Positions 1-9,946 are shown, counted from the stretch's first letter. The stretch: DNA of 64,000 bases from Candidatus Spongiisociaceae bacterium (GCA_965202665.1 OZ241841.1:2272001-2336000), one strand, 5' to 3'. The notes: generated by a model from the letters alone, not told the origin. Translations and numbers: made by a program.

Positions 1-2
1 CC

Positions 3-2840
3 ACCGACCCCGACAACGCTTTGAAAGACGACGGCACATGCGACACAGCCAGTGTTGGTCAGGTGGCTGGTATCGGCCGGGCGGCGTGTGAGGTGGATAC
101 GGGGGATGAGACGACTGACGCGGCGGGGGATATCACATCCTTGCAGTTGCAGGTGTCGGATGCTGATGTGACGGTGTGGGCGTGGACCGGGGACCGGGCT
201 GACAAGTTTGATTCCGATGACATCACCGCCGCCCAGCTGACCGTCGGTTTCTCCAAGGCGGCCAGCCAGTTGTTGGTTACTGACAATTTGGAGGAGGGGC
301 AGACTCATTTGCAGTTTGGGGAGACGGCTACGTTGACGGTGCAGGTGGCTAATGAGGATGATGAGCCGGTGGCGGAGAAGGGGGTGCGGGTGAAGGTCGC
401 CCAGGTTACTACTCCGGATGTGAGCAAGGCGACGGAGACCAACTCGTCCACCAACACCTATACCACGGACGCTACCGGCAAGTTTCAGTTGTCGTTCACC
501 CAGACCGATCCCAGTTCCGGCGATGATGAGGACGCAACGGTGGTGGTCACTTTGAGTGAACCGTCCTCCTATTCCCTCCAGGATGAAGACGGCGAGGCAT
601 TCACTGCCAAGACTTTCACCTGGTCGGACGAGGCGGGGATTCCCGCCAAGTTGGTGTTGGAAACCCGGCAGAAGTACGCCGAAGCGTCCGATGAGGGCCG
701 GGGGGCGACGGCGGCGGTTACCGCCACTTTGACCGACCAGTTCGGCAACCCGCTGCGGGGCCAACGAATCCACTTCTGGTCGGATAATCCAGAGGGAGTG
801 GGCGAGAAAGCAGAGGATTCCCTGCTGGACCAGGTGCGGGCCAGCCTCGCCACGATTGAACCTCGGGGAGCTTCTGAAAGCGGAAATGATTTCGCGGCGC
901 GCGTTCGAGCATTCAACCGCCGCGTATGGTCCTTCTCCTACTCGGTGATCGATGATTTGCGGGGCGAGGCGCGGTTTTTCCGTACCACCAACCGGGCGGG
1001 ACAGGCCACTTTGTCTTACAACCGGGATGCGGCCACGGCGGTGGTGGAGACCGTGCGGGCCCGGTTGGTGCGGGGTGAGGATGACGCCCAACGAGTGGAC
1101 GATGACACGGAGGATTTGCTGAGCGAGCGGGTGGCGATCTACTGGATCAGCGAATTGGGCGAAGACGATTCGGCGGCGGGTCGGATTTTATTCAACGACG
1201 CCGACAATCGCCGGGTGGTGTTCGCCGACCGCGACGGTCGGGCGAGGATGATCGACTTTGACGCCAATGATCAGTTTAGTATCGGCGGGGCGCCGGTGCT
1301 TTTCTCCGATTTTGAGAAGTACCTGCGGGACACCGCGGGCCACATCACCGTGCTTTCCTATGCGGAAACTACGAGTGATGTGAGTTCGATCAACTTGGAG
1401 GCCGAGTGGCCGAAGGTGGACTTGTCCGATATTCCGGTCGCCGCACCTAGATGGTCCGAACTGAGTATTGGTCATATCCATTACGCCTCGGATGGGGGAA
1501 CCATCGTGGTCAGCTACTTCGCTCATAACAACTTTGCGGGAGCGGTATGGGTATACGACGGGGTGGACGACGCCGATCCGCAGATGCTGACCGCTCCTAC
1601 GCCGCAACCCTTTTCCGGGCCCGCCAACGGCAGGCCGTGGAGGGATGACGAGTTGCAGAAGGGGACTACCGGCGGATGGTTCGGTTTTGCGGTGGACATT
1701 CGCGGGGGCACTTTGGCGGTGGGCGAACCGGGCCGGCTTGACACCCGCACCGGCCACACCGACAAACCCAATGGCGCGGTTCATATTTTCACCAAAGGGA
1801 GCAACGGCTCGTGGGCCCATGACGCCACTTTGACTACGACCAACACCAGCAGCGGGTTGACCGCTTGGCCGGCGGACCGGGGCATGTTGCTGGGCCGGGC
1901 GGTGGCCGTTTCCAAAAACGAGACGGTGGTGGCGGCTTCCGCCCCGAGGTTCCACGGCGCCGCCCATCGCATTTCCGGGGTGTACCTGTTTACCCGGCCC
2001 GACCAGGCCGGCCGCGCCGCGGGCGACAAATGGGCTGACCAGGACGGTTCCGCTTCCCCCCGGCTGCAGTTGTCCCCTACCGTGTCCAACGCCAATCAGA
2101 ACCGATGGGCCAGGGTGGCCTATGACCGAAATTTGGCGATCTCGGAGGACGGAACCACCGTGGTGGTGGGCGGCGCGGAAGGCAGTTTCGGCAGGGTGGT
2201 AAACGGCATTAAGTACGACGATGCGGGAGCGGCCTTTGTGTTTACCAGGCCCGGCGCGGCGTGGAGCACCGCGGCCGATACCTACCAGGACGCCATGTTC
2301 TACTCACCGGCTCCTTTCACGGCGGAGAAGCTGGGGAGGTCGGTGGCGGTGTCCGCCAACGGGGACACCATCGTGGTCGGGGATAACTACCGGCCCAACC
2401 TCTTGCGGCGCGGCAAGGTGCTGGTGTACGCGCGCCCCGACCAGGCCGGCCGGTCCGCCGGCGACCAGTGGGAGGACGAACCGGAGCCGACCGCCGTCTT
2501 AGCGGGGCCGGATCACCCGGACGCCCCTGACAGTTGCCCGCCGGCCGGGGCGTTTAGGGTTTGCAACTTGGGGGATACGTTCGGGCAGTGGGTGGACATC
2601 ACCGATGACGGGATGACGATTTTGGCTTCCCGTTCTACCCGGGCGGAAGACTATCAGCGGGGTTCGATCCATGTGTTCGCCAAGCCCGCGTCCGGCTGGT
2701 CGTCGTCCGTGACCGGGGTTGAATATCAGGGGAGCGGGCCGGGATCGGAGTTCGGATGGCGCAACCATTTCGATCAGGCCAACGGCAACATCGTGGCGTT
2801 GGAGAGCGAGCCGGTAACCATCTACCAGATAAAGCGGTAG
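3..2840 (+). CDS. Large secreted/surface protein, 5'-truncated: Ig-like (invasin/Big-type) domains followed by an FG-GAP repeat beta-propeller
   Basis: Frame is open to the window start. Ig-like motifs ATLTDQFGNP and TTDATGK; FG-GAP-like repeats FGFAVDI..LAVGEP, LGRAVAVS, LGRSVAVS..IVVG, FGQWVDI. Confidence 0.75.
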   Translation, partial: TDPDNALKDDGTCDTASVGQVAGIGRAACEVDTGDETTDAAGDITSLQLQVSDADVTVWAWTGDRADKFDSDDITAAQLTVGFSKAASQLLVTDNLEEGQTHLQFGETATLTVQVANEDDEPVAEKGVRVKVAQVTTPDVSKATETNSSTNTYTTDATGKFQLSFTQTDPSSGDDEDATVVVTLSEPSSYSLQDEDGEAFTAKTFTWSDEAGIPAKLVLETRQKYAEASDEGRGATAAVTATLTDQFGNPLRGQRIHFWSDNPEGVGEKAEDSLLDQVRASLATIEPRGASESGNDFAARVRAFNRRVWSFSYSVIDDLRGEARFFRTTNRAGQATLSYNRDAATAVVETVRARLVRGEDDAQRVDDDTEDLLSERVAIYWISELGEDDSAAGRILFNDADNRRVVFADRDGRARMIDFDANDQFSIGGAPVLFSDFEKYLRDTAGHITVLSYAETTSDVSSINLEAEWPKVDLSDIPVAAPRWSELSIGHIHYASDGGTIVVSYFAHNNFAGAVWVYDGVDDADPQMLTAPTPQPFSGPANGRPWRDDELQKGTTGGWFGFAVDIRGGTLAVGEPGRLDTRTGHTDKPNGAVHIFTKGSNGSWAHDATLTTTNTSSGLTAWPADRGMLLGRAVAVSKNETVVAASAPRFHGAAHRISGVYLFTRPDQAGRAAGDKWADQDGSASPRLQLSPTVSNANQNRWARVAYDRNLAISEDGTTVVVGGAEGSFGRVVNGIKYDDAGAAFVFTRPGAAWSTAADTYQDAMFYSPAPFTAEKLGRSVAVSANGDTIVVGDNYRPNLLRRGKVLVYARPDQAGRSAGDQWEDEPEPTAVLAGPDHPDAPDSCPPAGAFRVCNLGDTFGQWVDITDDGMTILASRSTRAEDYQRGSIHVFAKPASGWSSSVTGVEYQGSGPGSEFGWRNHFDQANGNIVALESEPVTIYQIKR

Positions 2841-2890
2841 GGGCGGCGATAGGGGCATAGAAGCGTTTCACTCAACCCGACCCTCGGATA

Positions 2891-2916
2891 GGGGCTCCCG
2901 CTACGGCGGGGGCCTC
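2891..2916 (+). terminator. GC-rich hairpin (11 bp including G-U pairs, TACG loop) downstream of the surface protein gene; possible terminator without a U-tract
   Basis: GGGGCTCCCGC-TACG-GCGGGGGCCTC. Confidence 0.35.
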
Positions 2917-3135
2917 CGTCCGGTTTGGGCCATCCCGCCCCCGCGCCCCGCTGAGCCCCAGTTGATTGCTTTTCGCGACCTAGATTTGGTTTTCGCGTTC
3001 TGAAAATTGGGGGGACCCGCCCGCCCCCCGCCCACCCACCCATAACATACGGTGGTTTTGTTGAAAATTCAAGGGGGGCGATAGAGATATTTTTCGCGTT
3101 CCGGTTTCGGCTCACCGGTCAGCGGGCCCACTGAG

Positions 3136-3337
3136 AATTGTCAAAAGGCGCTGAATGCCGAGAAGATTATGCGTCCTTGACCGAAAGGAACTGATGACGG
3201 AAGGAAAATTGCCGAAAAGCCGCCGAATCGCCGGGAAGATAATGCCGGGTTCCATCTTCCGACAGCCAACACTGCGCTGGTGAACGGTGCTAGTTGGAGC
3301 GGCGGGAAGATAATGGCCGGGTTCCATCTTTCGACAG
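3136..3337. repeat. Three degenerate copies of a ~35-nt hairpin-forming repeat at ~72-nt period
   Basis: CGGGAAGATAATGCCGGGTTCCATCTTCCGACAG (3232-3265), CGGGAAGATAATGGCCGGGTTCCATCTTTCGACAG (3303-3337), degenerate CGAGAAGATTATGC.. at 3159. Confidence 0.7.
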
Positions 3338-3503
3338 GGCTTCCCCTGCCGGTTGGACTCTTTCGCTGCGGTGCGCCAATCGCAACCTGGCTCCGCTTCC
3401 GCCGCCGTCCATCCCCTTCGGTTCACCTGCCAAGTCGCCCAACTAACCCAACTAGCCGTCCGCGTAGTCAGGGTCGTTGGTTTCCGGTAGACTGCGGGAG
3501 AGC

Positions 3504-3577
<74 letters not shown>

Positions 3578-3597
3578 CCGCCGTCGCCGTTCCTTGG

Positions 3598-4248
3598 TCA
3601 AATGTCCCCCAATTGGGGAATCTGGTTCAGCCACGCCCCGCGGGGGTGGCGGCGGGCGGCTTCCAAATCGGCGGGGGAATCCATGTCCAGCAGAAACCCG
3701 AACCGGGCCAGCGCCAGGGGGGGAGGGCCGGCGCGCAGATGGCGGTGGAAACTGCCGGGGCCGTAGGCGAAGCGGCCGGGGCCGGTTCCGCCCAGGGCGG
3801 AAGTGCCGCCGTCGTAGGAGGGGGCCAGGACCCTTTTCCCTTCCCGCACCGCCCGGATCGCCTCGGCCGCTTCTTCCGCGGTCAGGCAGGGCAGGTCTGA
3901 ATGCAGGATCAGCCAGGGCCGTCCCCGCCGGGCGGCGAATTCGGCTACCGCCCGCGCCGCCCCGTTCAAACCGCCCTCCTCTGGCTCCGGAATGGCCCGC
4001 CGTCCGCCGTCCGCCGCCCACTGCAGCACCTCCGGGTCGGAGGAAACCACCAGCAACCGCCCGCCCGCCTCCTCCGCCGTCCGCGCGGTGCGGGAGGCCA
4101 TGGCCTCCGCCAGGGCGCGGCGGGCGGCCGGGTTCAGCCGTTGCGCCAGCCGTTGATTGGCCCCCCGCCAGGAGCGGATCGGCAATCCGACTACCGGGTC
4201 CGCCCCCCGTCGGTCAGTTGTCGGTGATGATCCGCCCGGCCAGCACAT
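3598..4248 (-). CDS. cofC: 2-phospho-L-lactate/PEP guanylyltransferase (F420 biosynthesis); start uncertain
   Basis: PIRS...ANQRL, GGLN, HSDLP, DGGTSAL, FAYGPGSFHRH and DMDSPADL motifs. Confidence 0.85.
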   Translation of the reverse strand: MCWPGGSSPTTDRRGADPVVGLPIRSWRGANQRLAQRLNPAARRALAEAMASRTARTAEEAGGRLLVVSSDPEVLQWAADGGRRAIPEPEEGGLNGAARAVAEFAARRGRPWLILHSDLPCLTAEEAAEAIRAVREGKRVLAPSYDGGTSALGGTGPGRFAYGPGSFHRHLRAGPPPLALARFGFLLDMDSPADLEAARRHPRGAWLNQIPQLGDI

Positions 4249-4735
4249 CTTCCAAAGAGCCCTCCGGCAGTTGCAATTCGCCCCACTCCGCCAGCTGGAC
4301 GACGACGCCGTGGGCGGTGGCCGGATGCAGGAAACATTCGCTCCAACCGCCCGGCTCCCCGGCCAGCCGCAACCCGGTCACTTTCCGGTTCGCTTCCTCC
4401 GCCCGCCGGGCCGCTTCGGCCACCGACGACACCCGGAAAGTCAAATGGTGCACGCCTTCGCCCCGGCGGTTCAGGAAATCCCACAGGAAACAGTCCCCGG
4501 CCACCGGGGACAAAGCCTCTATTTTGGACTTTCCGGAACCCCCGGATTCGCCGAACAGAAACTGCACCCATCGGAAACCGCCCCGCGGGTTGTCGCCCCC
4601 GCGCAGGAACTCCCCGCCCAGCATTTGCAGGAAACCGGCCGCCGCCGCCAGGTCCCGCACCGCCAAGGCCACATGGTCGAAGCCCAGAATCAGATCGCCC
4701 AAAGCGGGCGGCAGGGAATCGTTCCGGTCGGTCAT
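4214..4735 (-). CDS. VOC family protein (methylmalonyl-CoA epimerase-like)
   Basis: DHVALAVRDL, IEALSP, GEGVHHLTF, FLHP...GVVVQLAE; C-terminal part of the 4214..6280 ORF. Confidence 0.85.
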   Translation of the reverse strand: MTDRNDSLPPALGDLILGFDHVALAVRDLAAAAGFLQMLGGEFLRGGDNPRGGFRWVQFLFGESGGSGKSKIEALSPVAGDCFLWDFLNRRGEGVHHLTFRVSSVAEAARRAEEANRKVTGLRLAGEPGGWSECFLHPATAHGVVVQLAEWGELQLPEGSLEDVLAGRIITDN

Positions 4736-4879
4736 AGGGGGACAACGATACCGGCCGCGCCCGCCGATCGCCGCTTTGGGAATTTTCCAACCGGACGGGG
4801 CCGCGCCGCCCCCCGAAATTCGCCGTGAACCCCTTATATGCCGTGAAACGGGCTCCGGGGCGGCTACCGTTGGAAAATT

Positions 4880-6331
4880 ATGACGCGCCGCACCAAGATT
4901 ATCGCCACCATGGGTCCGGCCGCGGCCGCCCCCGGGACGGTGGAGAAGATGGTGCGGGCCGGAATGGACGTGGCCCGGCTCAACTTCAGCCACGGCGACC
5001 ACAGTTTCCACAGTCATATGGCCGAACGGGTGCGGGAGGCGGCCCGCTCCGCCGACCGTCCGGTGGCCCTGTTGCAGGACATCCAAGGCCCCAAAATCCG
5101 GGTGGGGAACTTCCCCGGCGGGTCCGTCCTGCTCGAAGAAGGCGACCGGGTGCGGCTGGCCTGCGGGGAAGGGGAGTCCCCGCCCGGAACCCTGCACATC
5201 GGATACCCCCGGCTGGCCGCCGACCTGAAACCCGGCGACCGGGTGATACTGGCCGACGGGTTGATACAGGGAAGGGTGGACGACTCCCCCGGGGAGGACC
5301 CCGTTTTGGAGATTCATCAAGGAGGGGAGTTGTCCGACCGCAAAGGGGCGGCTTTCCCCGACAGCCAGCTCACCATGGCCGCCCTCACCGAACAAGACCG
5401 GGAAGACCTGTGTTTCGGACGCACGCTGGGGGTGGATTACGTAGCGGCCTCCTTCGTGCGCACCGGGGAGGATGTGGCGACGGTGGCCGAACTGGCCGGC
5501 GGGGACACCCCGGTGATCGCCAAAGTGGAGCTGGCCGTCGCCTACGAAAACCTGGATTCCATCCTGAAGGCCGCCTACGGGGTGATGGTGGCCCGGGGCG
5601 ACCTGGGTGTGCAACTCCCGTTGGAGACCATCCCCCATGTCCAAGCCGACATTCTGCGCCGCACCAACCAAGCCGGGCTGGTGTCCATCACCGCCACCGA
5701 AATGCTGGAGTCGATGGTGGCCGCCCTGCGCCCCAGCCGGGCGGAAGTGACCGATGTGGCCACCGCGGTGGCCTCCTACACCGATGCGGTCATGCTGTCC
5801 GCGGAAACGGCCATCGGGGACAACCCGGTGCTGGCCATCGAGGCGATGTCCTCCATCTGCCGGGAGGCGGAACGGCACCGGGAACTGCATCCGGCCCCGC
5901 AGGAAGTGGGGTTTTTGGAAAGGGGGCAAAATTTCGCCTCCGCCATGGCCAAAGCGGCCACCGAAGCGGCCCGCAACCTGGGGTTTCAGACGATTGTGGC
6001 TTTTACCGAATCGGGTGGAACCGCCGAACTGCTGTCCAAATACCGGCCTTCGGCCCAAATCATGGCCTTCGCCGCCGACCCGCGCATCCGCCGCCGTATG
6101 GCCCTGTTCTGGGGGGTGGCGCCCATCGAGTACGAGCCGCGGCCTTCCACCGACCTGATGTTCGCCGCCGCCGAAAAATACCTGGAAAAGGAGGGGATCT
6201 GCCGGCGGGGGGAGGGGGTGGTGATGGTGGCCGGGTCGCCGCCCAACGTGGGGGCCTTCACCAACTTGATTAAACTGCACGTGGTGGGCGAACGCCTCCG
6301 TTCCGTCCGCACCCCCGGCGCCCGCACCTGA
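4880..6331 (+). CDS. pyk: Pyruvate kinase
   Basis: RRTKIIATMGP, ARLNFSHG, DIQGPKIR, MVARGDLG, DAVMLSAET. Confidence 0.98.
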   Translation: MTRRTKIIATMGPAAAAPGTVEKMVRAGMDVARLNFSHGDHSFHSHMAERVREAARSADRPVALLQDIQGPKIRVGNFPGGSVLLEEGDRVRLACGEGESPPGTLHIGYPRLAADLKPGDRVILADGLIQGRVDDSPGEDPVLEIHQGGELSDRKGAAFPDSQLTMAALTEQDREDLCFGRTLGVDYVAASFVRTGEDVATVAELAGGDTPVIAKVELAVAYENLDSILKAAYGVMVARGDLGVQLPLETIPHVQADILRRTNQAGLVSITATEMLESMVAALRPSRAEVTDVATAVASYTDAVMLSAETAIGDNPVLAIEAMSSICREAERHRELHPAPQEVGFLERGQNFASAMAKAATEAARNLGFQTIVAFTESGGTAELLSKYRPSAQIMAFAADPRIRRRMALFWGVAPIEYEPRPSTDLMFAAAEKYLEKEGICRRGEGVVMVAGSPPNVGAFTNLIKLHVVGERLRSVRTPGART

Positions 6332-6342
6332 AAGGAGGGGAA

Positions 6343-7095
6343 GTGACTGAAGGAGTGTTTGCGGCCATCGATGTGGAGACCGCCGCCAAGCAGGCGGGTT
6401 CCATCTGCCAAGTGGGGGCCGTCGTGTTCGATGAAGCCGGCCGTCCGGTGGAGGGGCGAAGGCGGGAATTGTTAGTGCGTCCGCCGGGCAATCGTTACAG
6501 CCCCGACTTTTCCAAATATCACGGGATAAAGCCGGCGGACACCAAAGAAGCTCCGGCTTGGGCGGACGCCGCCGCTGTGATAGCGGAAATCGTCAAAGGG
6601 TTGCCTTTGGTGGCGCACAACGTCGAATACGAGTTGGAGCAGTTCGCCGCCGCTGAGGGCACCCCTCCTGAATTGCTGTCCGCCTCTTTCTATTGTTCGT
6701 TGCGCCTGTCCCGTTACGTTGACTGCCGGGAGGGAAAACATACTTTGGAGGAGTGCGTACGTCGCAACGGGGTGCGAAGGGCGGGGAATAAAAGTGCGTT
6801 GTCCGATGCCCTGCTCGCCGGGCAACTTTGGGTGAAACTGGCCGCCAAAGAAGGGTGGGGCGTCCCCAATTCTTTTGCCGAAATGGACGCGTTGCCCGCC
6901 GAAGTGGGCTCCTGGGAATGGTTGCAGGAGTGTTTACCGCCTACTGAACGGCAGATTGACTTCCTGGTTTCCCTGATAGAAGAAAGCAGAGCGAAAGTGA
7001 AACTGGGTGGAAAAAAGGTGCGCAAACGAAGGGATTTATACCAACTGTCCCGCGCCTCGGCATCGGATCTGATAGATCGCCTCAAGACGCGATGA
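6343..7095 (+). CDS. DEDD (DnaQ-like) 3'-5' exonuclease domain protein with C-terminal helical extension
   Basis: AIDVET (Exo I), VAHN (Exo II), ALSDA (Exo III); SD AAGGAGG. Confidence 0.8.
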   Translation: MTEGVFAAIDVETAAKQAGSICQVGAVVFDEAGRPVEGRRRELLVRPPGNRYSPDFSKYHGIKPADTKEAPAWADAAAVIAEIVKGLPLVAHNVEYELEQFAAAEGTPPELLSASFYCSLRLSRYVDCREGKHTLEECVRRNGVRRAGNKSALSDALLAGQLWVKLAAKEGWGVPNSFAEMDALPAEVGSWEWLQECLPPTERQIDFLVSLIEESRAKVKLGGKKVRKRRDLYQLSRASASDLIDRLKTR

Positions 7096-7195
7096 GAAGC
7101 AAGGCCGGCAAAGGCGACGGCGGTTTGCTAACCTGCCGGGGGTGAGCGGCGTCCGGGGAGCCGGCGCCGGTCCGGGAATTCGAGTAGGGAGAAAG

Positions 7196-7501
7196 ATGGG
7201 GCAGACGGTACAGGTGGAACATGTCCTGCTGGACGAGGTGGTCATATTCGACACCGACCGCAGCCTGTCCGGTCAGGAAGGGGAAACTTTCTCCGATGCG
7301 GAAGCAGCGGCCAAAGCCGACACTTTCCCGGCCCGGTTGGCCGCCGGCCTGTTCGCCGTACGCCCGGAGATCAGGTCGGTGTACGTCTATTCCAACACGG
7401 CTTCGGTGCTGGGGCCGGGGGGATGGAGCGAAGAGCAGGCCCGCCAAATGGAGGACGTGATACGCAATAGCCTGGTCTACTACGACCAGAACCGGAGCTG
7501 A
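7196..7501 (+). CDS. Small conserved hypothetical protein, possibly Nfu N-terminal-like
   Basis: FDTDRSLSG..E.F, LA..LF....IRSVYVYSN pattern; purine-rich SD before ATG. Confidence 0.6.
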   Translation: MGQTVQVEHVLLDEVVIFDTDRSLSGQEGETFSDAEAAAKADTFPARLAAGLFAVRPEIRSVYVYSNTASVLGPGGWSEEQARQMEDVIRNSLVYYDQNRS

Positions 7502-9769
7502 TCAGGAACCTTCCCCGGCCTCGTCTTCCGGTTCCGCCCCGGCCTCCCCGTCCCCGGCATCCGCATCCCCCGTATCATCTTGCCCGGCGCTGGTGGTACT
7601 GGTGGCACTGGTGGCGCTGGTGGTAGTAGTTCCCGGCTCGGTAGGTTCCCCGTCGGTGTTGTCGGTTGGTGACTCGCTTTCCGGTTCGGTGGTGGCGACG
7701 GGGACGGTATCCTCCGTTTCCCCCTCCGGTTCCGAAGTGGTCGTCGGGGCGGTTTGCTCCGTTTCCCCCTCTGGTTCCCCTTCCGGTTCCGAGGTGGTAG
7801 AGGCGGTCGCGGCGGTAGTAGTGGTAGTGGCAGGGGCGGTGGTCGTGGTGGTTTCCTCGGGCGGGCATTCCTCTTCGGTGTATTCCTCGTGGCCTTCCGG
7901 CAACCGGCAGGGATGCACCTCCACTTCCCTGGGCCGGGCCCGGTAGCGAACCGGCCATCTTTCTTCTTTTTCGGCGCCGTCCGCATAGGTGATCACCCGT
8001 CCCACCGTAACCGACCAGCCGCCCCGCCCTTCCACCACCACATGCTCCTCGGAGTAGGGATCCCGCTCCGGATTGGCTATGTACTCCACCGGCGGTTCGG
8101 TGGGGGAGTAGCGTCCCGACAACCAGCGCCGCACCTGCCGTCCCCCGTTGTCGCCGAAGAATTTGACCGTGATGGAAGTGTCGGTGTATTGGGTGCGAAT
8201 CAGCACCGCCGCCTCCGTGTCGTTGCGGAAAATCAGATCCGGGTCCCGCCAGCTGATGGTGGCCTCGTTGCCTTCCGGGTAGCGGCTGAAATAGTAGCTG
8301 TGGGGGTGGTGCTCGATGTCCTCCAACCCGGCGTAGAACACCGCGTTGTAGAAGGTGGTGGCGAACTGGCTAACCCCTCCTCCCACCGTGTCCTCCAGTT
8401 TGCCCCGGATAATGGTGGGGGCGGGCTTGAAGCCCCTCTCCGTGGTGCGCTCCCCCACCGCGTCGTTCAAGGACAGGGTGTCGCCGGGCATCACTATGGC
8501 GCCGTCGATTATGTCGGCGAACAGGTGGATGTTGGTCACCCGCGGCTGGCAGCAGGAATGCCTGGTGGTGAACTCGGAGATTTTCCCCTTGATGCCCAAG
8601 GCCAGGATGTCCTCGGTGGTCACTTCCGGCGGCGCCCCGTCCAAGACGGTCATCTGGGCGGTCCGGTCCGCCCGTTGCGCCGCTTCGGCGGCGGCGACGG
8701 CAGCCAACTCCGGGTCCAGCAGGGTGCCGGGGAGTCCGGGGTTTACCACCACGTTGTCGTCCCGGTCGGTGGTGATGGAGGCGTTGACCGGCGGGTCCTC
8801 GAATTCGCCGCGCAAAGTTTCCAACGGAACCACGAACAACGCCGAGTCGAAACCCACCGCCATCCGGGGGGCGGGCTCCCGCTCCACCCGGCTGTAGAAG
8901 GCGCTTACCAGCAGATCCCGCTCCAGCGTTATCCGCCGGGCCGGATTGTCCGGATCTTCCGGTTGTTCCGCCCCCGTTCCGTTGTCCGTTTCCGAATCGG
9001 TTGCGCCCGGTTCGGCGGAGGCGGCGTCCGCGCGGCGCAGGACGAGGGTCACCGGTCCGGCCAGTAGGGCTTCGGCTTCGTCCACCGCCCTGGATACGGC
9101 CGAAACGGTGAGCAGGGGGGCCCGGTCGACGACGTCCAAAACGACCGTGCCGGTGCGGGGAAAGGCGAGCAGGGCTTCGGTCAGGGCGGGGATGGCGGCG
9201 TCCCGGTCGATTTTTTCCCCCGGCCGGGGGTATTCGGCTACCGGGGTGGTTCCCTCCAACCGGATGGAACCTTCGAACGGAACATCCAACACTTCGCTTT
9301 CATAGTCGTTCAACAGGCTGTTCATGGCCCGTTCGTTTATGGAGGCCGCCGGTTCCAACTCCGCCGGCCAACCCGCCTCTCCGTCCGTCATCGCCTGCAA
9401 GCGGAGGACGAGGGCCTCCGGGTCGGCGCTGTCCGCCGCCTGCTCCGCCAAAGCCGCTTCGTCCAGGTCGAAGCCGACATCCGACGGGTTCAGGGCGAAT
9501 TCGGCTCCGGCCACCCGCACCGTCACCGGTTGGGAGGACATGGCGTCCTCCAGAGCCAGCAACGTCCGGTATATAGCGTCTTGGTCCGGATCGGGGGTTC
9601 CGTCCGGCTGGGAGCCGACCGCGATGGACCCCGGCGACGGGTCGGGGCCGGAACGCAGGTTGCCGGTGATCCAATACACCGCGCCCGCGATGACGGCCAC
9701 CCCGATCAGCGCCACCGAGGTGTAAAGAACGTTGCGGCCGGTTTCTGTTTTGCGTCTGTGCTTTGCCAT
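7502..9769 (-). CDS. VanW family membrane-anchored protein with peptidoglycan-binding region and Thr/Glu-rich C-terminal tail
   Basis: N-terminal TM helix; RVTNI, SLNDAVGERT, GGGVSQFATT, HHPHSYYFSRYP, DLIFRNDT. Confidence 0.9.
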   Translation of the reverse strand: MAKHRRKTETGRNVLYTSVALIGVAVIAGAVYWITGNLRSGPDPSPGSIAVGSQPDGTPDPDQDAIYRTLLALEDAMSSQPVTVRVAGAEFALNPSDVGFDLDEAALAEQAADSADPEALVLRLQAMTDGEAGWPAELEPAASINERAMNSLLNDYESEVLDVPFEGSIRLEGTTPVAEYPRPGEKIDRDAAIPALTEALLAFPRTGTVVLDVVDRAPLLTVSAVSRAVDEAEALLAGPVTLVLRRADAASAEPGATDSETDNGTGAEQPEDPDNPARRITLERDLLVSAFYSRVEREPAPRMAVGFDSALFVVPLETLRGEFEDPPVNASITTDRDDNVVVNPGLPGTLLDPELAAVAAAEAAQRADRTAQMTVLDGAPPEVTTEDILALGIKGKISEFTTRHSCCQPRVTNIHLFADIIDGAIVMPGDTLSLNDAVGERTTERGFKPAPTIIRGKLEDTVGGGVSQFATTFYNAVFYAGLEDIEHHPHSYYFSRYPEGNEATISWRDPDLIFRNDTEAAVLIRTQYTDTSITVKFFGDNGGRQVRRWLSGRYSPTEPPVEYIANPERDPYSEEHVVVEGRGGWSVTVGRVITYADGAEKEERWPVRYRARPREVEVHPCRLPEGHEEYTEEECPPEETTTTTAPATTTTTAATASTTSEPEGEPEGETEQTAPTTTSEPEGETEDTVPVATTEPESESPTDNTDGEPTEPGTTTTSATSATSTTSAGQDDTGDADAGDGEAGAEPEDEAGEGS

Positions 9770-9946
9770 TTTCGTAGTGTTCGGGGGATCGCGGACGGCT
9801 GATCCGCGGATGGGGCAGTACCAAAAGGGGATGTTACCCATCCCCGGCGACAAAACCGCACATATGCGGTCAAGCGGTCCGCATTCGCCTAACCCGATAC
9901 AGGGGCGGGTGTCCGACGTCGGCGGAGAGTCTGCCACAATAGGGTC

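Noticed and set aside
3170-3225. Hammerhead ribozyme-like words GTC...CTGATGA...GAAA
   Set aside because: Stems I, II and III do not pair at the positions adjacent to the core; the fluoride-riboswitch-like CTGATGAC also lacks its 5' GATGG hairpin.
3232-3337. CRISPR array call
   Set aside because: Only two good repeats, a structured spacer, shared flanks between copies and no cas genes in the window; reported as a repeat instead.
4736-6280. N-terminal ~515 aa of the 688-aa minus-strand ORF
   Set aside because: Antisense shadow of pyk; only the last 173 aa form a recognisable VOC protein.
7540-7860. Thr/Glu-rich repeats at the VanW C-terminus as a separate repeat element
   Set aside because: Ordinary low-complexity linker coding sequence (TTSEPEGE units) within the CDS.
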